A stretch of DNA of 59,560 bases. Source: Candidatus Yonathbacteria bacterium RIFCSPLOWO2_01_FULL_43_27 (lineage in GTDB: Bacteria; Patescibacteriota; Minisyncoccia; Phycocordibacterales; UBA1550). The notes beneath the pieces were generated by a model. It did not search any database and was not told the origin of the DNA. It worked only from the letters and a program-made list of their open reading frames with translations. A program made the translations under genes and the position numbers. The stretch is from positions 115 through 59,674 of the forward strand of contig MHUV01000007.1 in assembly GCA_001823545.1 (NCBI GenBank), read 5' to 3'. Shown here in pieces: positions 46,670-59,468 of the stretch; the stretch's first letter is position 1, and each line of letters begins with the position of its first letter.

Positions 46670-48103
46670 CTAGATGACCTCTACGAGCAACATATTGGTT
46701 CCGCCTGAACTACCAAATGGCATACCTGCGACGATCACCACCTTGTCGCCTTTTTTTGCAAACTTATGCGCAACAGCAAGTGCGCGTACTTTTTTAGTTA
46801 CCTCATCAATAGTCATCAGATTTTCTGCATAGATTGGATAGCATCCGAACGAAAGGACAGCCTGATTTACCACAGATACATTTGGACTCATTACAATGAT
46901 CGGCTGTGCGGGACGAAAACGAGAAATCATACGCGCGGTCAAACCAGATTCCGTGAGTGCCACAATAGCGGTCGCACCAATAGCTGATGCCGCACTTACC
47001 ACAGAAAATGTTACCGCATCAACAACCTCCTTTTGCACACTGTTGCCGTTTGCATGGTCACCCAAAATACTTTCTGCAAGCACATCAAGGTGTGGGTAGT
47101 TCTTCTCCATCATAAGCGCAACCTTTTGCATCATGGCAACAGTCTCTACAGGGTACAAACCAAGTGCGCTTTCTTCTGAGAGCATCACCGCGTCAGCACC
47201 ATCAAGGATCGAGTTTGCAACGTCTGACACCTCTGCGCGTGTTGGCACCGGTGTCTTGATCATTGATTCCATCATCTGTGTTGCAACAATTACCGGCTTG
47301 CCCGCAACGTTACATTTTTCAATAATCATTTTCTGCAAAATAGGAACTTGCTCTGCAGGAACCTCTACCGCAAGGTCACCACGTGCCACCATCACACCGT
47401 CAGTTTCCTCGATGATTGCGTCAATATTTTCAATAGCCTCGTGGGTCTCAATCTTTGCAATTATTTTTGCGGTTGATTTACTCTTTGCAAGAATACCGCG
47501 AAGCTCGCGAATATCTGATGCGCGACGTACAAACGAAAGTGCCACAAAATCAACATTCTGTTCAATACCAAACACAAGATCTTTCTTGTCTTTTGGCGTA
47601 AGACAGCTGATTTTGAGCGATACGCCTGGAAGATTTACTCCGCGACGACCCTTGGTCTCACCGCCCACCATGACGCGACATTTCACTTCATCCTCAGAAA
47701 CGGAAATTACTTCAAGCGCCTTTTTACCATCATCAAGCAAAATAATATTACCCTTTTTCACTTCCTTAGGAAGCGCTTTGTAGTTTACAAATGCTTTCGT
47801 TTCATCACCTACACACGCTTTGGTGGTAAGAGTAAAAATAGTTCCCTTTTTCAAGATGACACGCTCTTGATAAAAATCGCCAATACGGATCTTTGGGCCA
47901 GAGAGGTCCTGAAGGATTGCGATAGGTGTTTTGAGCTTTTCTGCTACGGCACGAATATTTTGCACCTGAAGAAGTGCTCCTTCGTGCGTTCCGTGAGAGA
48001 AATTAAGACGACATACATTCATTCCTGCTTTTGAAAGTTTCTCGAGCATTTCCTGACATTCAGATGCTGGTCCAATCGTTGCAACAATTTTTGTTTTTTT
48101 CAT
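46670..48103 (-). CDS. pyk: pyruvate kinase
   Basis: KTKIVATIGPAS, RLNFSHG, DL.GPKIR, IAKIE, MVARGDL, ATQMMESM, PTRAEVSDV. Confidence 0.97.
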   Translation of the reverse strand: MKKTKIVATIGPASECQEMLEKLSKAGMNVCRLNFSHGTHEGALLQVQNIRAVAEKLKTPIAILQDLSGPKIRIGDFYQERVILKKGTIFTLTTKACVGDETKAFVNYKALPKEVKKGNIILLDDGKKALEVISVSEDEVKCRVMVGGETKGRRGVNLPGVSLKISCLTPKDKKDLVFGIEQNVDFVALSFVRRASDIRELRGILAKSKSTAKIIAKIETHEAIENIDAIIEETDGVMVARGDLAVEVPAEQVPILQKMIIEKCNVAGKPVIVATQMMESMIKTPVPTRAEVSDVANSILDGADAVMLSEESALGLYPVETVAMMQKVALMMEKNYPHLDVLAESILGDHANGNSVQKEVVDAVTFSVVSAASAIGATAIVALTESGLTARMISRFRPAQPIIVMSPNVSVVNQAVLSFGCYPIYAENLMTIDEVTKKVRALAVAHKFAKKGDKVVIVAGMPFGSSGGTNMLLVEVI

Positions 48104-48199
48104 AAAAAATCTTTTTTCTATTTTGAATTAAGTTCCTATCATACCAGAAAACCAATTACGAGTCCACTCATAATTGGTTCGTGCGCGCTATACGCGAAA

Positions 48200-49972
48200 C
48201 TATTCCAAGACCGCTTTGATGCGACGCACGCCTGCCGACGAAGCTTCCTCTTTAAGGATTTTAAAATGTCCGAGCGTACCCGTGTTTTCTACGTGTGGGC
48301 CACCGCACATTTCAAGACTAAACTTGTTATCCCCCTCGCCTATTTGATACACGCGCACAATGTCGCCGTATTTTTCACCAAAAAGTCCGATGGCACCACG
48401 ACTGCGTGCCTCATCAATAGAAATATCTTCTTGGAGAACTGGTAGACGCTCGGCGATCTTCTGATTCACCAGATCCTCTACCTTCTTTTTTTCATCATCG
48501 GTCATTTTATCCGTGTGAGTAAAATCGAAACGCAAACGCTCTACGGTAATATTAGAACCTTTTTGTGCTACATGTTCGCCGAGCACCCTGCGAAGCGCCT
48601 CATGAAGAAGATGAGTTGCGGTATGATACTTGATAGACATCTCACTCGTATCAGCAAGTCCTCCTTTAAATTTTTGTTCGCTCCCTTCACGTGAAAGGTC
48701 CTGATGCTTTTTCATTTCCTCATAAAACCCATTCGTATCAATCGTAATATTATTCTCACGCGCAATTTCCTCAGTAAGTTCAACGGGAAATCCATGAGTA
48801 GAAAAAAGATGAAACGCTTCATGGGCAGAAATGCTCCCTTTTTCAAGAAGACGTTTGAGCTCCCTGAAACCCTTTTCTATTGTTTTTCTAAACTTGTCTT
48901 CCTCTTCCCAAATCTCCTTAACAATAAAATTTTCTTTTTCCTTAATATTGTCATACACACCACGATAAATACCCGCAATAACCGGCACAAGCTCGGAAAG
49001 TTGACTATGCTCAATATGAAGCACGTCGGCATAGCGCACCGCACGACGCAAAAGACGACGCAAAATATATCCTTGCTCGGTATTCGATGGGTGCACGCCG
49101 TCAGCAATCATAAACACACTGGTGCGAATATGATCTGCGACAATTCGTGATGCGCGCACATCACGAATCTCGCCTCCCGAGAGTTCGCGAATCTTATTCA
49201 TCAAAGGAACAAACAAGTCCGTATCGAACACATTGTCCTTTTTTTGCACTGCCATCACCACACGCTCAAGCCCGGATCCAGTATCAACATTTTTCTTGGA
49301 AAGTTTACCGATCACCTTGCCGTCTTTTTTCTCATACTCCATAAACACATCGTTCCAAATTTCTACTACCTCCTGGCGATCATCTGCTGCCATATATTCT
49401 TCCTTGGACATATCGCCCAATCCGCGCTCGGTAACATCGTAGAACATCTCTGTATCAGGACCACATGGACCATTATCTCCCGGACTCCACCAGTTCGATT
49501 TTGCCGACATAAAATAGATGCGATGTTCTGGTATATATTTTTTCCAAATCTCAAATGCTTCAAGGTCGCGTGGTGCATTTTCGTCGCCTTCAAACACGGT
49601 TACATAGAGACGTTGCGGATCAAGCCCAAGTCCTTCTTCTTTTGAGGTGAGAAATTCAAAACTCCACTTGATAGCGTCTTCTTTAAAATAATCCCCGAGC
49701 GACCAGTTCCCCAGCATCTCGAAAAACGTATCGTGTGTTTTGTCGCCGACCTCTTCGATATCCTGCGTGCGCACACACTTCTGAGAGTTTGCGAGACGTT
49801 TTCCTTGTGGATGTGGTGCTCCCATAAGGTACGGCACAAGCGGTTGCATCCCCGCCGTATTAAAAAGCACGGAAGGGTCATTCTCGGGCACGAGTGGCGC
49901 GGAAGGGATAATAGCGTGTTCCCTTTTTTTGAAAAAAGTTAAAAAACGATTTCTAATCTCGTGTGACTCCAT
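48200..49972 (-). CDS. alaS: alanine--tRNA ligase, short form lacking C-Ala domain
   Basis: LFNTAGMQP, TFFEMLGNWS, GPCGP, EIWN.VFM, HTATHLL, CGGPH, ends GVRRIKAVLE. Confidence 0.96.
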   Translation of the reverse strand: MESHEIRNRFLTFFKKREHAIIPSAPLVPENDPSVLFNTAGMQPLVPYLMGAPHPQGKRLANSQKCVRTQDIEEVGDKTHDTFFEMLGNWSLGDYFKEDAIKWSFEFLTSKEEGLGLDPQRLYVTVFEGDENAPRDLEAFEIWKKYIPEHRIYFMSAKSNWWSPGDNGPCGPDTEMFYDVTERGLGDMSKEEYMAADDRQEVVEIWNDVFMEYEKKDGKVIGKLSKKNVDTGSGLERVVMAVQKKDNVFDTDLFVPLMNKIRELSGGEIRDVRASRIVADHIRTSVFMIADGVHPSNTEQGYILRRLLRRAVRYADVLHIEHSQLSELVPVIAGIYRGVYDNIKEKENFIVKEIWEEEDKFRKTIEKGFRELKRLLEKGSISAHEAFHLFSTHGFPVELTEEIARENNITIDTNGFYEEMKKHQDLSREGSEQKFKGGLADTSEMSIKYHTATHLLHEALRRVLGEHVAQKGSNITVERLRFDFTHTDKMTDDEKKKVEDLVNQKIAERLPVLQEDISIDEARSRGAIGLFGEKYGDIVRVYQIGEGDNKFSLEMCGGPHVENTGTLGHFKILKEEASSAGVRRIKAVLE

Positions 49973-49996
49973 AATATATACCATCGACTAAACTAA

Positions 49997-50470
49997 TTAT
50001 TTTAATTCGTGACGCACAATTGCCTTGAGGCGATCCTCGACATACCAAAAGAAGGTAAAGGTCAAGATTGCGAGCACGGTAGTCACCATAGCAAGTGTGT
50101 AGAAACCATATCCTATTGCAATACCCACGCCAGCAGAAACCCAGAGGCCGGCAGCGGTTGTTACCCCGCTCACATCGGCTCCCTTTATAAAAATAAGGCC
50201 AGCACCAATAAACCCGATTCCGGTAATGATCTGTGCTGAAAATCTAATAGAATCCACCAGTGCAGTTGGTGAGTCAAATCCCCCGCCTATAAATACTCCC
50301 GTCATCGCAAGGAGTGCTGAGCCCATCGTCACTAGTCCATACGTTCTCATACCAGCAGTTTTACCCGCAATAGCACGCTCGATACCCAAGGACATTCCCA
50401 ACAAAAGGGCGATGGCGAGCTTTGAAATTATCTCAATTTGTTCTCCGGAAATAATGTTTACTATATCCAT
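49997..50470 (-). CDS. MgtC/SapB family membrane protein
   Basis: GIER....K.AGMRT, AQIITGIGFIGAG, GVTTAAGLW. Confidence 0.92.
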   Translation of the reverse strand: MDIVNIISGEQIEIISKLAIALLLGMSLGIERAIAGKTAGMRTYGLVTMGSALLAMTGVFIGGGFDSPTALVDSIRFSAQIITGIGFIGAGLIFIKGADVSGVTTAAGLWVSAGVGIAIGYGFYTLAMVTTVLAILTFTFFWYVEDRLKAIVRHELK

Positions 50471-50510
50471 AGTAATTAATAATATACCAAAAAAACTACA
50501 TAATTGCCAC

Positions 50511-53050
<2,540 letters not shown>

Positions 53051-53060
53051 AATAAATGAA

Positions 53061-53600
53061 CTAACTATTAATGCCTGCAATAAATCCGGTTATAGAAAGT
53101 GTGTGAGATATATTCATTGAGTCTCGCCAAAAAACATAAGAATCAATTCGCTTCTCCTCTGGAACAATAGACGTAATCAGGACATACCGTTGAAATTTTG
53201 TAACCGTACCTCCTCCAGCACTTGACTGATAGTATAACCCTGTTGCTGTATCCTGACGAATAGTTAACGTAGTTAAATTACACACAACACCACCGCATGA
53301 TATTAACATAGGTACAGATCTTGGATCCACAGCATAGTAATTATTCGCAACAATTCCACTATCCCACGCAGTATTTGTACCATTCCAATCATTCAACATG
53401 TTGGAATCCCTCTTTTGTCGCACTGCTTCTATCCCCTCTTGTGCCAGATTTACCGCGATAGCATGATCGCGCGCATACGCAGATTGAGGTAATGAACGTC
53501 CGATAATAGACATTGGGGCAACAACCGCAATAAGCAAAATAGAAATTGCAACAAGTGTCTCAAGGAGTGTAAACCCTTTTTGTGAATGATTAGTGTGCAT
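53061..53600 (-). CDS. PilV-like minor pilin
   Basis: KG|FTLLETLVAISIL, A.NLAQEGIE.VR..RD. Confidence 0.85.
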   Translation of the reverse strand: MHTNHSQKGFTLLETLVAISILLIAVVAPMSIIGRSLPQSAYARDHAIAVNLAQEGIEAVRQKRDSNMLNDWNGTNTAWDSGIVANNYYAVDPRSVPMLISCGGVVCNLTTLTIRQDTATGLYYQSSAGGGTVTKFQRYVLITSIVPEEKRIDSYVFWRDSMNISHTLSITGFIAGINS

Positions 53601-53601
53601 A

Positions 53602-54216
53602 TTATATATCATACATTCTTTGCGTTATCGTTGTTTGCAATTTAAATGCTGAGGTAATCTTTCCAGCTGTCGTTATTCCATCAACAAGCACCGCAACATA
53701 GGGCTGAACAGTATTAGGAAGAGGGGCTGCACCATTTACCACAAAGCGTAAGTTCGTAATATGAATGTCCTTTCCTGTTACCAGCAATGGTGTTCCTGAT
53801 GTTATGTGGCGAATCAAACATCCTTGCGTTGTAGAAGAGAAAGTACTTCCACAACCACTTACAGCATTTCCTGCGGTAATAGCTCCGGTGCCAACACCTC
53901 GTTTATAGATAACTCGCTGATCATTTTGGTCTGTTATAGCTAGAATAGTATCACCAGGATAAGGACAATCATTTACCCCAGTTGCCCCTCCTCCACAATT
54001 ATACGTCGTTCCCGTCTTAATACGACGCGACATATCCTCCAGAGAAAGATTGAGGTTATCTATCGCCGTACGCGTTGCGCGTGATTTACGATCAGCATTA
54101 AGAACCGCAAGAAATGCACTTGAGGAAATAAAAAGAACGATAGTAAAAAGACCTATGGAAACAATCATCTCCACCAAGGTAAACCCTTTCTTATGTTGTG
54201 TCGTATGTACTCTCAT
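53602..54216 (-). CDS. PilW-like minor pilin
   Basis: KG|FTLVEMIVSIGLF. Confidence 0.85.
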   Translation of the reverse strand: MRVHTTQHKKGFTLVEMIVSIGLFTIVLFISSSAFLAVLNADRKSRATRTAIDNLNLSLEDMSRRIKTGTTYNCGGGATGVNDCPYPGDTILAITDQNDQRVIYKRGVGTGAITAGNAVSGCGSTFSSTTQGCLIRHITSGTPLLVTGKDIHITNLRFVVNGAAPLPNTVQPYVAVLVDGITTAGKITSAFKLQTTITQRMYDI

Positions 54217-54218
54217 TG

Positions 54219-54758
54219 TTATTCTATCGTTATTTGCCCTGCGGAAGTAATACGCACCGTAGCGCTATTAGTTGAGTTAGAAACAAGGAAGCTCGCTGTT
54301 AAATTACCTGGAACATTATTTATTAATGCGTCTGGAAAAGGTCGCTTAAAAACAATATCGAGTGGCGAGTTAGGAGAAAGTGCTGAAACATTAACACCAG
54401 AAGAAAGATTGATTGCCTCCACTCTCTCAGAAACATTATTATAAGTTCCACTCCCATCTTTATCTACAAAAATAACGTATGTTGGGTTATTGGCAATTAG
54501 CCTCACCCCATATGGACAGTTAAAAGAAGAGCCCCCACACTGTACTGCTGTCGTCGAGGTTGCTCTACCACTCGTCCCATACACCTGTGCCTCTCGCAGA
54601 GAGAGGACGATTGTTTCTGCAGTATTTGCAACCGTAGTCTTAACGCTGTATGAACGATATTTTGCAAGCACCACGCTCGTCAGTACCAAAAATATACCCG
54701 TCGTCACAAGAAGCTCGATCAAGGTAAATGCTGATTGTGACGTACGAAATTTTTTCAT
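54219..54758 (-). CDS. FimT/FimU-like minor pilin
   Basis: SA|[14 protein letters not shown]-terminal V.I...GQI. Confidence 0.8.
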   Translation of the reverse strand: MKKFRTSQSAFTLIELLVTTGIFLVLTSVVLAKYRSYSVKTTVANTAETIVLSLREAQVYGTSGRATSTTAVQCGGSSFNCPYGVRLIANNPTYVIFVDKDGSGTYNNVSERVEAINLSSGVNVSALSPNSPLDIVFKRPFPDALINNVPGNLTASFLVSNSTNSATVRITSAGQITIE

Positions 54759-55591
54759 TACAATAATAAATCAATAATATTTACTGAGCCGTCAAAGAAA
54801 TTTATATGAGTAAAGTATACTATAAAAACACCTAAAATAAGAAACGGACCAAAAGGAATTTCACTCTTAAATGTCCACGACGTTGTAGTGATTTTTGATA
54901 TAGTAAATTTTTGCTGTATGCGCTGTGCCACCATCATCACAACTGCGAACAATGCGCCAATCCAAAAACCAAACATAACCGCCGACATACCAAGCGTCAT
55001 TCCTAAAAACCACCCTATACCTATTGCAAGTTTTCCATCACCGAGCCCCATCCATCGTCCTCGTGAAAAAAACCAAAGAGCCCAGAACGGGAGAAAATGA
55101 AGCGGGCCAGCGAGCAGTGTGAAATAGTATGGAAACTGAAATGCGTGTAGTAATCCTCCAGGTACTGTCCACAAAAACCAGAGTACAGAAAGTATCGCAA
55201 ACATCGCCACGAGACCGTCAGGGATTATCTGGTGGCGAATATCATACACGGCAATTACCAGAAGTATAGAAAAAATAACGACAAGATAAATTGATTCAAA
55301 AAGAGATTTCTCTAGAGCAAACACCGCAACAAAGATTAAACCAGAAAGCGCCTCGACTAAAGGATACTGCCACGAAAGACGCACCGAACACCCTCGACAA
55401 CGCGCGCGCTGAACCAGGAAACTCACGAGCGGGATCAACTCATACCAATGCAGTGTTTTTCCACACGCAAAACACTGCGATCTACCTTTAAGAGGTGAGG
55501 TTCCACTATTGTAGCGATAAATCACCACATTAAGGAAACTACCAATTATAGTACCGAGGACAAACATATAAAGTGTACTCAAAAATTCCAT
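54758..55591 (-). CDS. pilD: prepilin peptidase
   Basis: GSFLNVVIYR, RSQC..C, C..C, YD, MGLGDGKL, IPFGPFL. Confidence 0.95.
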   Translation of the reverse strand: MEFLSTLYMFVLGTIIGSFLNVVIYRYNSGTSPLKGRSQCFACGKTLHWYELIPLVSFLVQRARCRGCSVRLSWQYPLVEALSGLIFVAVFALEKSLFESIYLVVIFSILLVIAVYDIRHQIIPDGLVAMFAILSVLWFLWTVPGGLLHAFQFPYYFTLLAGPLHFLPFWALWFFSRGRWMGLGDGKLAIGIGWFLGMTLGMSAVMFGFWIGALFAVVMMVAQRIQQKFTISKITTTSWTFKSEIPFGPFLILGVFIVYFTHINFFDGSVNIIDLLL

Positions 55592-55607
55592 ACATATAGT
55601 TTACCAT

Positions 55608-55639
55608 AAAACAAAACCTCGCTGTAAGGCGAGGTTTTG
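55608..55639 (-). terminator. terminator after major pilin
   Basis: CAAAACCTCGC-N6-GCGAGGTTTTG. Confidence 0.75.
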
Positions 55640-55665
55640 CAAAAAACTAAACTAGAAATGCTAGA

Positions 55666-56112
55666 TTATGGACATGCCGTAACGCTAGCCCCAAGGTAAC
55701 CTGCAGTGATTCCCTTTGATGCACCTGTACTGTCTACACACCATGAATTTGCGGTATTGCTTTTAAGTGCTGAAGCAATTGCCCATGCATCATTAGCTGC
55801 TGCAAGGTGACAAACAACTGTTGATGCAGTACCTGCTGTTGCAAGAACATTTACCACCGTACCACCCAAAGCAGCTGCTGCGCCTGCTGTTTGTCCAGCG
55901 ACTACAGCGTTTGTACAAAGGTTTGAATAGTTATTATTCGTGTCATACATGATTTCAGCCTGCGCACGAATGTTTGCCAAGTTTGCCTTGATTGCTGCGT
56001 CAGCACCTTTTGCACGTGCACTGTTGAGTGACGCCAAAACAACTGATGCGAGGATACCGATGATCGCGATAACGACCAAGAGTTCGATAAGTGTAAAACC
56101 TTTTTTATTCAT
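55666..56112 (-). CDS. type IV major pilin
   Basis: KG|[20 protein letters not shown]; C-terminal WCVDSTG...C; own promoter and terminator. Confidence 0.9.
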   Translation of the reverse strand: MNKKGFTLIELLVVIAIIGILASVVLASLNSARAKGADAAIKANLANIRAQAEIMYDTNNNYSNLCTNAVVAGQTAGAAAALGGTVVNVLATAGTASTVVCHLAAANDAWAIASALKSNTANSWCVDSTGASKGITAGYLGASVTACP

Positions 56113-56266
56113 AATTGTTTACTAATAAAAACTCTAATAAAAGCCCATTATCGTGAAAGAGTGATATGGCCATTAATCACCCTTTTTTGAACAAGAGAGG
56201 ATACTCGCCTCTCTTTCAATATTATATCACCCGCATTATGAAAGTAGCAAGATAAAAACAGCACAA

Positions 56267-56275
56267 TGTGGATAA
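56267..56275 (-). promoter_or_regulatory. perfect DnaA box upstream of pilin promoter
   Basis: TGTGGATAA; near-box TCATACACA at 56279-56287. Confidence 0.45.
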
Positions 56276-56343
56276 CTTTCATACACAGTTCCTCAAGGTT
56301 GACAAACTGCTACAGAATGCGAGAATAGCAATGCTGAAAATAT

Positions 56344-57057
56344 ATGACTAAACCACCCAAAAAACAAACGAGTAGCACGACGTTCTGGAACAATGAATAC
56401 AAGAAAGGCAAACATTTCACCCTTTCTCGTGAGCCAAGCGAAGACCTTGTAAAATTTACAAGATTTTTGATGCGTCACGAAGGTCGCAAATCCTTGAACC
56501 CTATTTCCTCGGTACTCGACCTTGGTTGCGGTAATGGAAGAAACCTCATCTACCTCGCAAACACTTTTGGTATGCGCGGTGTAGGATATGACATATCAGG
56601 AGAAGCAATCGCGCAAGCAAAAAAAGAAAGTGCAGGACTTCCTATTACCTATGACATACAGTCTGTGGCACTCGAAGTCCCTCTGCCTAACAATTCTCAA
56701 ACACTCGTTCTCGACATGATGGTTTCCCACTTTTTAAATGCTGACGAGCGCACGCACCTTGTTGCCGAAGTTATGCGCGTACTCAAACCAGGGGGCTGGC
56801 TCTTTTTCAAAACATTTCTTCTTGATGGAGACACGCATGCAGAACGCCTCCTCCGCGATCATCCTGCAGATGAGTCAGGCTCTTACATCCACCCTGCAAT
56901 TGGTGTTCAAGAACACGTATTTACTGAAAACGAAATACACGAACTCCTTTCAGAAAACTTTTTTGTACACACGGTTGCCAAATCTCATCGTCACAAAGCG
57001 CCAGGCAATGCTGCAAAACGTCGCAGTATCTCGGTGTATGCACAAAAGATGGGGTAA
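56344..57057 (+). CDS. class I SAM-dependent methyltransferase
   Basis: VLDLGCGNGRN, GYDIS, RVLKPGG. Confidence 0.9.
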   Translation: MTKPPKKQTSSTTFWNNEYKKGKHFTLSREPSEDLVKFTRFLMRHEGRKSLNPISSVLDLGCGNGRNLIYLANTFGMRGVGYDISGEAIAQAKKESAGLPITYDIQSVALEVPLPNNSQTLVLDMMVSHFLNADERTHLVAEVMRVLKPGGWLFFKTFLLDGDTHAERLLRDHPADESGSYIHPAIGVQEHVFTENEIHELLSENFFVHTVAKSHRHKAPGNAAKRRSISVYAQKMG

Positions 57058-57065
57058 CGGAAAAG

Positions 57066-57311
57066 TTACTTACTATTGTCGAAACGTGCGCTCTCTAATT
57101 TACGAAGTGCAGTTTTTTTCAAAAGCTCGATTTCCAGGTCAGTCATACCTTTATCCTTAAAATTTTCGATTTCTTCAGGAGTAAAATTGAGCGTGAGCAC
57201 GTCCGGATTAAACGCTTTCTTCTCTGTCACCACTACGGGTTCAGCAAATGCTTCATCACGTTTCTGCTCAGGCGCTGTCTCCTTCCCAAAAATTCTTGAT
57301 AAATTAAACAT
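57066..57311 (-). CDS. small hypothetical protein
   Basis: 81-aa ORF with plausible composition. Confidence 0.55.
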   Translation of the reverse strand: MFNLSRIFGKETAPEQKRDEAFAEPVVVTEKKAFNPDVLTLNFTPEEIENFKDKGMTDLEIELLKKTALRKLESARFDNSK

Positions 57312-57438
57312 ATGCTATATAGTACTACGCTTTATGTACTCATGGCAAGTATTATGGCAAGTTTGTTTTCCTTTCGCAAAATAATATGCTAATATTTCCA
57401 CCAGACTTATTTTCTCAATACGCCGCAGGAGAAACGTT

Positions 57439-57636
57439 ATGCCGAACGATAAGGTAATAGTACCGCCGAGCTCGCTCTTTGAGTACGTCATACAGGCACT
57501 TGCCCCGCGTTCGAAGCACGCTATCGACCTCTGTGCCTTCAACGTCGCGAGAGAGAAAATTGCACACAAAAGAAAGGAGAAAATAAAGCAGCGCAGACAC
57601 CTCCAACTGGTTCACTCTAACAGTGACGCAAGATAA
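57439..57636 (+). CDS. small basic hypothetical protein
   Basis: AGGAG SD; terminator-like hairpin ACCCCTAC...GTAGGGGT plus T-run downstream. Confidence 0.45.
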   Translation: MPNDKVIVPPSSLFEYVIQALAPRSKHAIDLCAFNVAREKIAHKRKEKIKQRRHLQLVHSNSDAR

Positions 57637-57770
57637 CCCGCACGGCTCCACACCCACCCCTACCACGTTTGTAGGGGTTTTGTTTTTTGTAAATTTCCAA
57701 AAAAATTTAATTCTTCTAATCTACCCTTAAAGGATCGACAGAACTCATCGAGCCTTACGTCTAATTTCCT

Positions 57771-58274
57771 TTAGTTTCTATATTTTTTAAACAAAACCCT
57801 CCCTAAGACTAATACAATTGCAAGAAGCGCGACCGTACCGACTATAACTAATATATCTCCTGTAGTATAATTAACATTTTGTACAAAGGAATACCCTAAC
57901 TGAGCACAACAATCAGAAAAATCACCAGAAACATTATCGTCTCTCTGTTTAATTATACAACTTCCAGCTTTTGTTTTAAAAGAGATATATTCTTGTAAAT
58001 GCCTATTAGATTCTAAACCACCTACATAATTCTTACTAGAATTATCAGAGATATCAGTATTGTAGTATAGATGTTCAGGATAATACGATTCCCAACCACG
58101 AGGTAAATGATATGACGTAAATTCATCCCCAGCCCAATAATTTGCGCATGTCTTATTTGTAGGGTTTAGGGCAATACCTCGGGGAGCTGGAATTGCTAAT
58201 ACCTTTCCAGCCCCGCTAAATAAAAGAACAGGAACAAAAGAAATTATAAAAGCATACAAAATTTTTCTCTTCAT
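57771..58274 (-). CDS. exported Cys-containing protein with C-terminal TM anchor
   Basis: Signal peptide MKRKILY..., C..YW.GDE, CCAQLGY, C-terminal TM; leaderless promoter. Confidence 0.7.
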   Translation of the reverse strand: MKRKILYAFIISFVPVLLFSGAGKVLAIPAPRGIALNPTNKTCANYWAGDEFTSYHLPRGWESYYPEHLYYNTDISDNSSKNYVGGLESNRHLQEYISFKTKAGSCIIKQRDDNVSGDFSDCCAQLGYSFVQNVNYTTGDILVIVGTVALLAIVLVLGRVLFKKYRN

Positions 58275-58424
58275 AAATTCATTATAGCATTTAAATTCTC
58301 TCTTTGAACAACTTAACACTCGGTCAGTTTTTTCCATGATATATGCCCCGTTGCGATTTTTAACGATATTTTTCTTACAGCACCGTAATTTACAGCACTA
58401 ACAACCTAGGTACTCCTCTTACGA

Positions 58425-58892
58425 CTAGATATTTATAGCTCGTTTGATTGCGACCTCAAGTCTTTCCGGTTCATCCGTTCCTATGCGATAGACGTTCCCA
58501 TTTTTCATATTTATTTCAACTGCATCAAAACCAGAAACATTATATATCCACATCTTTGGCCACAGCCATAACCTTATCCCCCAGCCATAGTACCAATGAT
58601 TCTTAACTTGCTTTGTTGATACTATTTCACTAAGCAGAAATTTTTTCTTAAAAATTCCATACCCAAATTTAATCTGAAGATAGCTGTTATCAATGGATGT
58701 TGTTAGGGTGGTAAACGATGCAAGGGTAGACACAATTAAGACCATTATGGCCGTGACGAGGAAATTTGTACCGGAGTAATACGAAGGTGGCTCAGCCCTA
58801 GCCGTAATATACACCCACGCGAAAAGCGCCAGCACAGCAAGCGTAACGACCAGTATCAAGTATCCAATTTGGGTGTGTCTATATGACGTCAT
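58425..58892 (-). CDS. two-TM protein with bacterial PH-like domain
   Basis: YRHTQ, WYYGWGIR, YNVSG..AVEI, IGTDEP..L. Confidence 0.75.
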   Translation of the reverse strand: MTSYRHTQIGYLILVVTLAVLALFAWVYITARAEPPSYYSGTNFLVTAIMVLIVSTLASFTTLTTSIDNSYLQIKFGYGIFKKKFLLSEIVSTKQVKNHWYYGWGIRLWLWPKMWIYNVSGFDAVEINMKNGNVYRIGTDEPERLEVAIKRAINI

Positions 58893-58919
58893 AATTTATT
58901 TCAAATTTTTCTTTTCCGA

Positions 58920-59177
58920 TCACTTGGAACGATGAGGACAACCTGCCCAACAACAAGGCCGGCGCATTCCACCCTTAATCTTCGAGAGCGCCTTCTCGAT
59001 CCGAACACTTCTTGTCTCCTCTTTCTTGCCGGACGTGACCCAACAGATCCACTCATTGCGTGCGAGTGGTGTAATATCTTCCCATACAGCTCGCACCGCA
59101 GGCGTTGAGATAATGGCCTTTCGTAAATCATCTGGCATTTTATGCACCACACCACCGGAGAGTCTTTTTTCGGCCAT
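58920..59177 (-). CDS. YdeI/OmpD-associated (OmdA) family protein
   Basis: MPDDLRKA, W..ITPLARNEWICWV...K..ETR..RI, RRPCCWAGC.HR. Confidence 0.82.
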   Translation of the reverse strand: MAEKRLSGGVVHKMPDDLRKAIISTPAVRAVWEDITPLARNEWICWVTSGKKEETRSVRIEKALSKIKGGMRRPCCWAGCPHRSK

Positions 59178-59265
59178 AAGATTATGTTATCAATCTGACG
59201 TATTCATTGTACCGCGTGCACCGCAACATGTAACAAGGCCAGAGCGATGCTCTGGCCTTGGCAGT

Positions 59266-59396
59266 TGCGGAGACGGCGGTTCGGTCACGAGTTACTAGGT
59301 CTGCTCACGCGGGTACGCGTTGTGCGGACCAAGTACTCTCGACCCCAGCTCGTGGTTTTTGACTACAAAAACATCACTGCGCTTTTCGAATCCCGC
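59266..59396 (-). pseudogene. tRNA-Ser-like 3' remnant interrupted in the T-loop by a structured insertion
   Basis: Minus strand GCGGGATTCGAA-[~100 nt]-GAACCGCCGTCTCCGCA; no 5' half. Confidence 0.45.
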
Positions 59397-59430
59397 ACGC
59401 AATGTGCGCAGGCACATTGCTCGTCTCCTT

Positions 59431-59468
59431 AAAACAAAATCCCCCATTTAAATGGGGGATTTTGTTTT
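59431..59468. terminator. palindromic terminator
   Basis: AAAACAAAATCCCCCATTT|AAATGGGGGATTTTGTTTT. Confidence 0.8.

Noticed and set aside
47133-47783. Long antisense ORFs (this one and e.g. 10621-11184, 39520-40221, 42663-43184)
   Set aside because: Shadows of well-supported genes on the opposite strand
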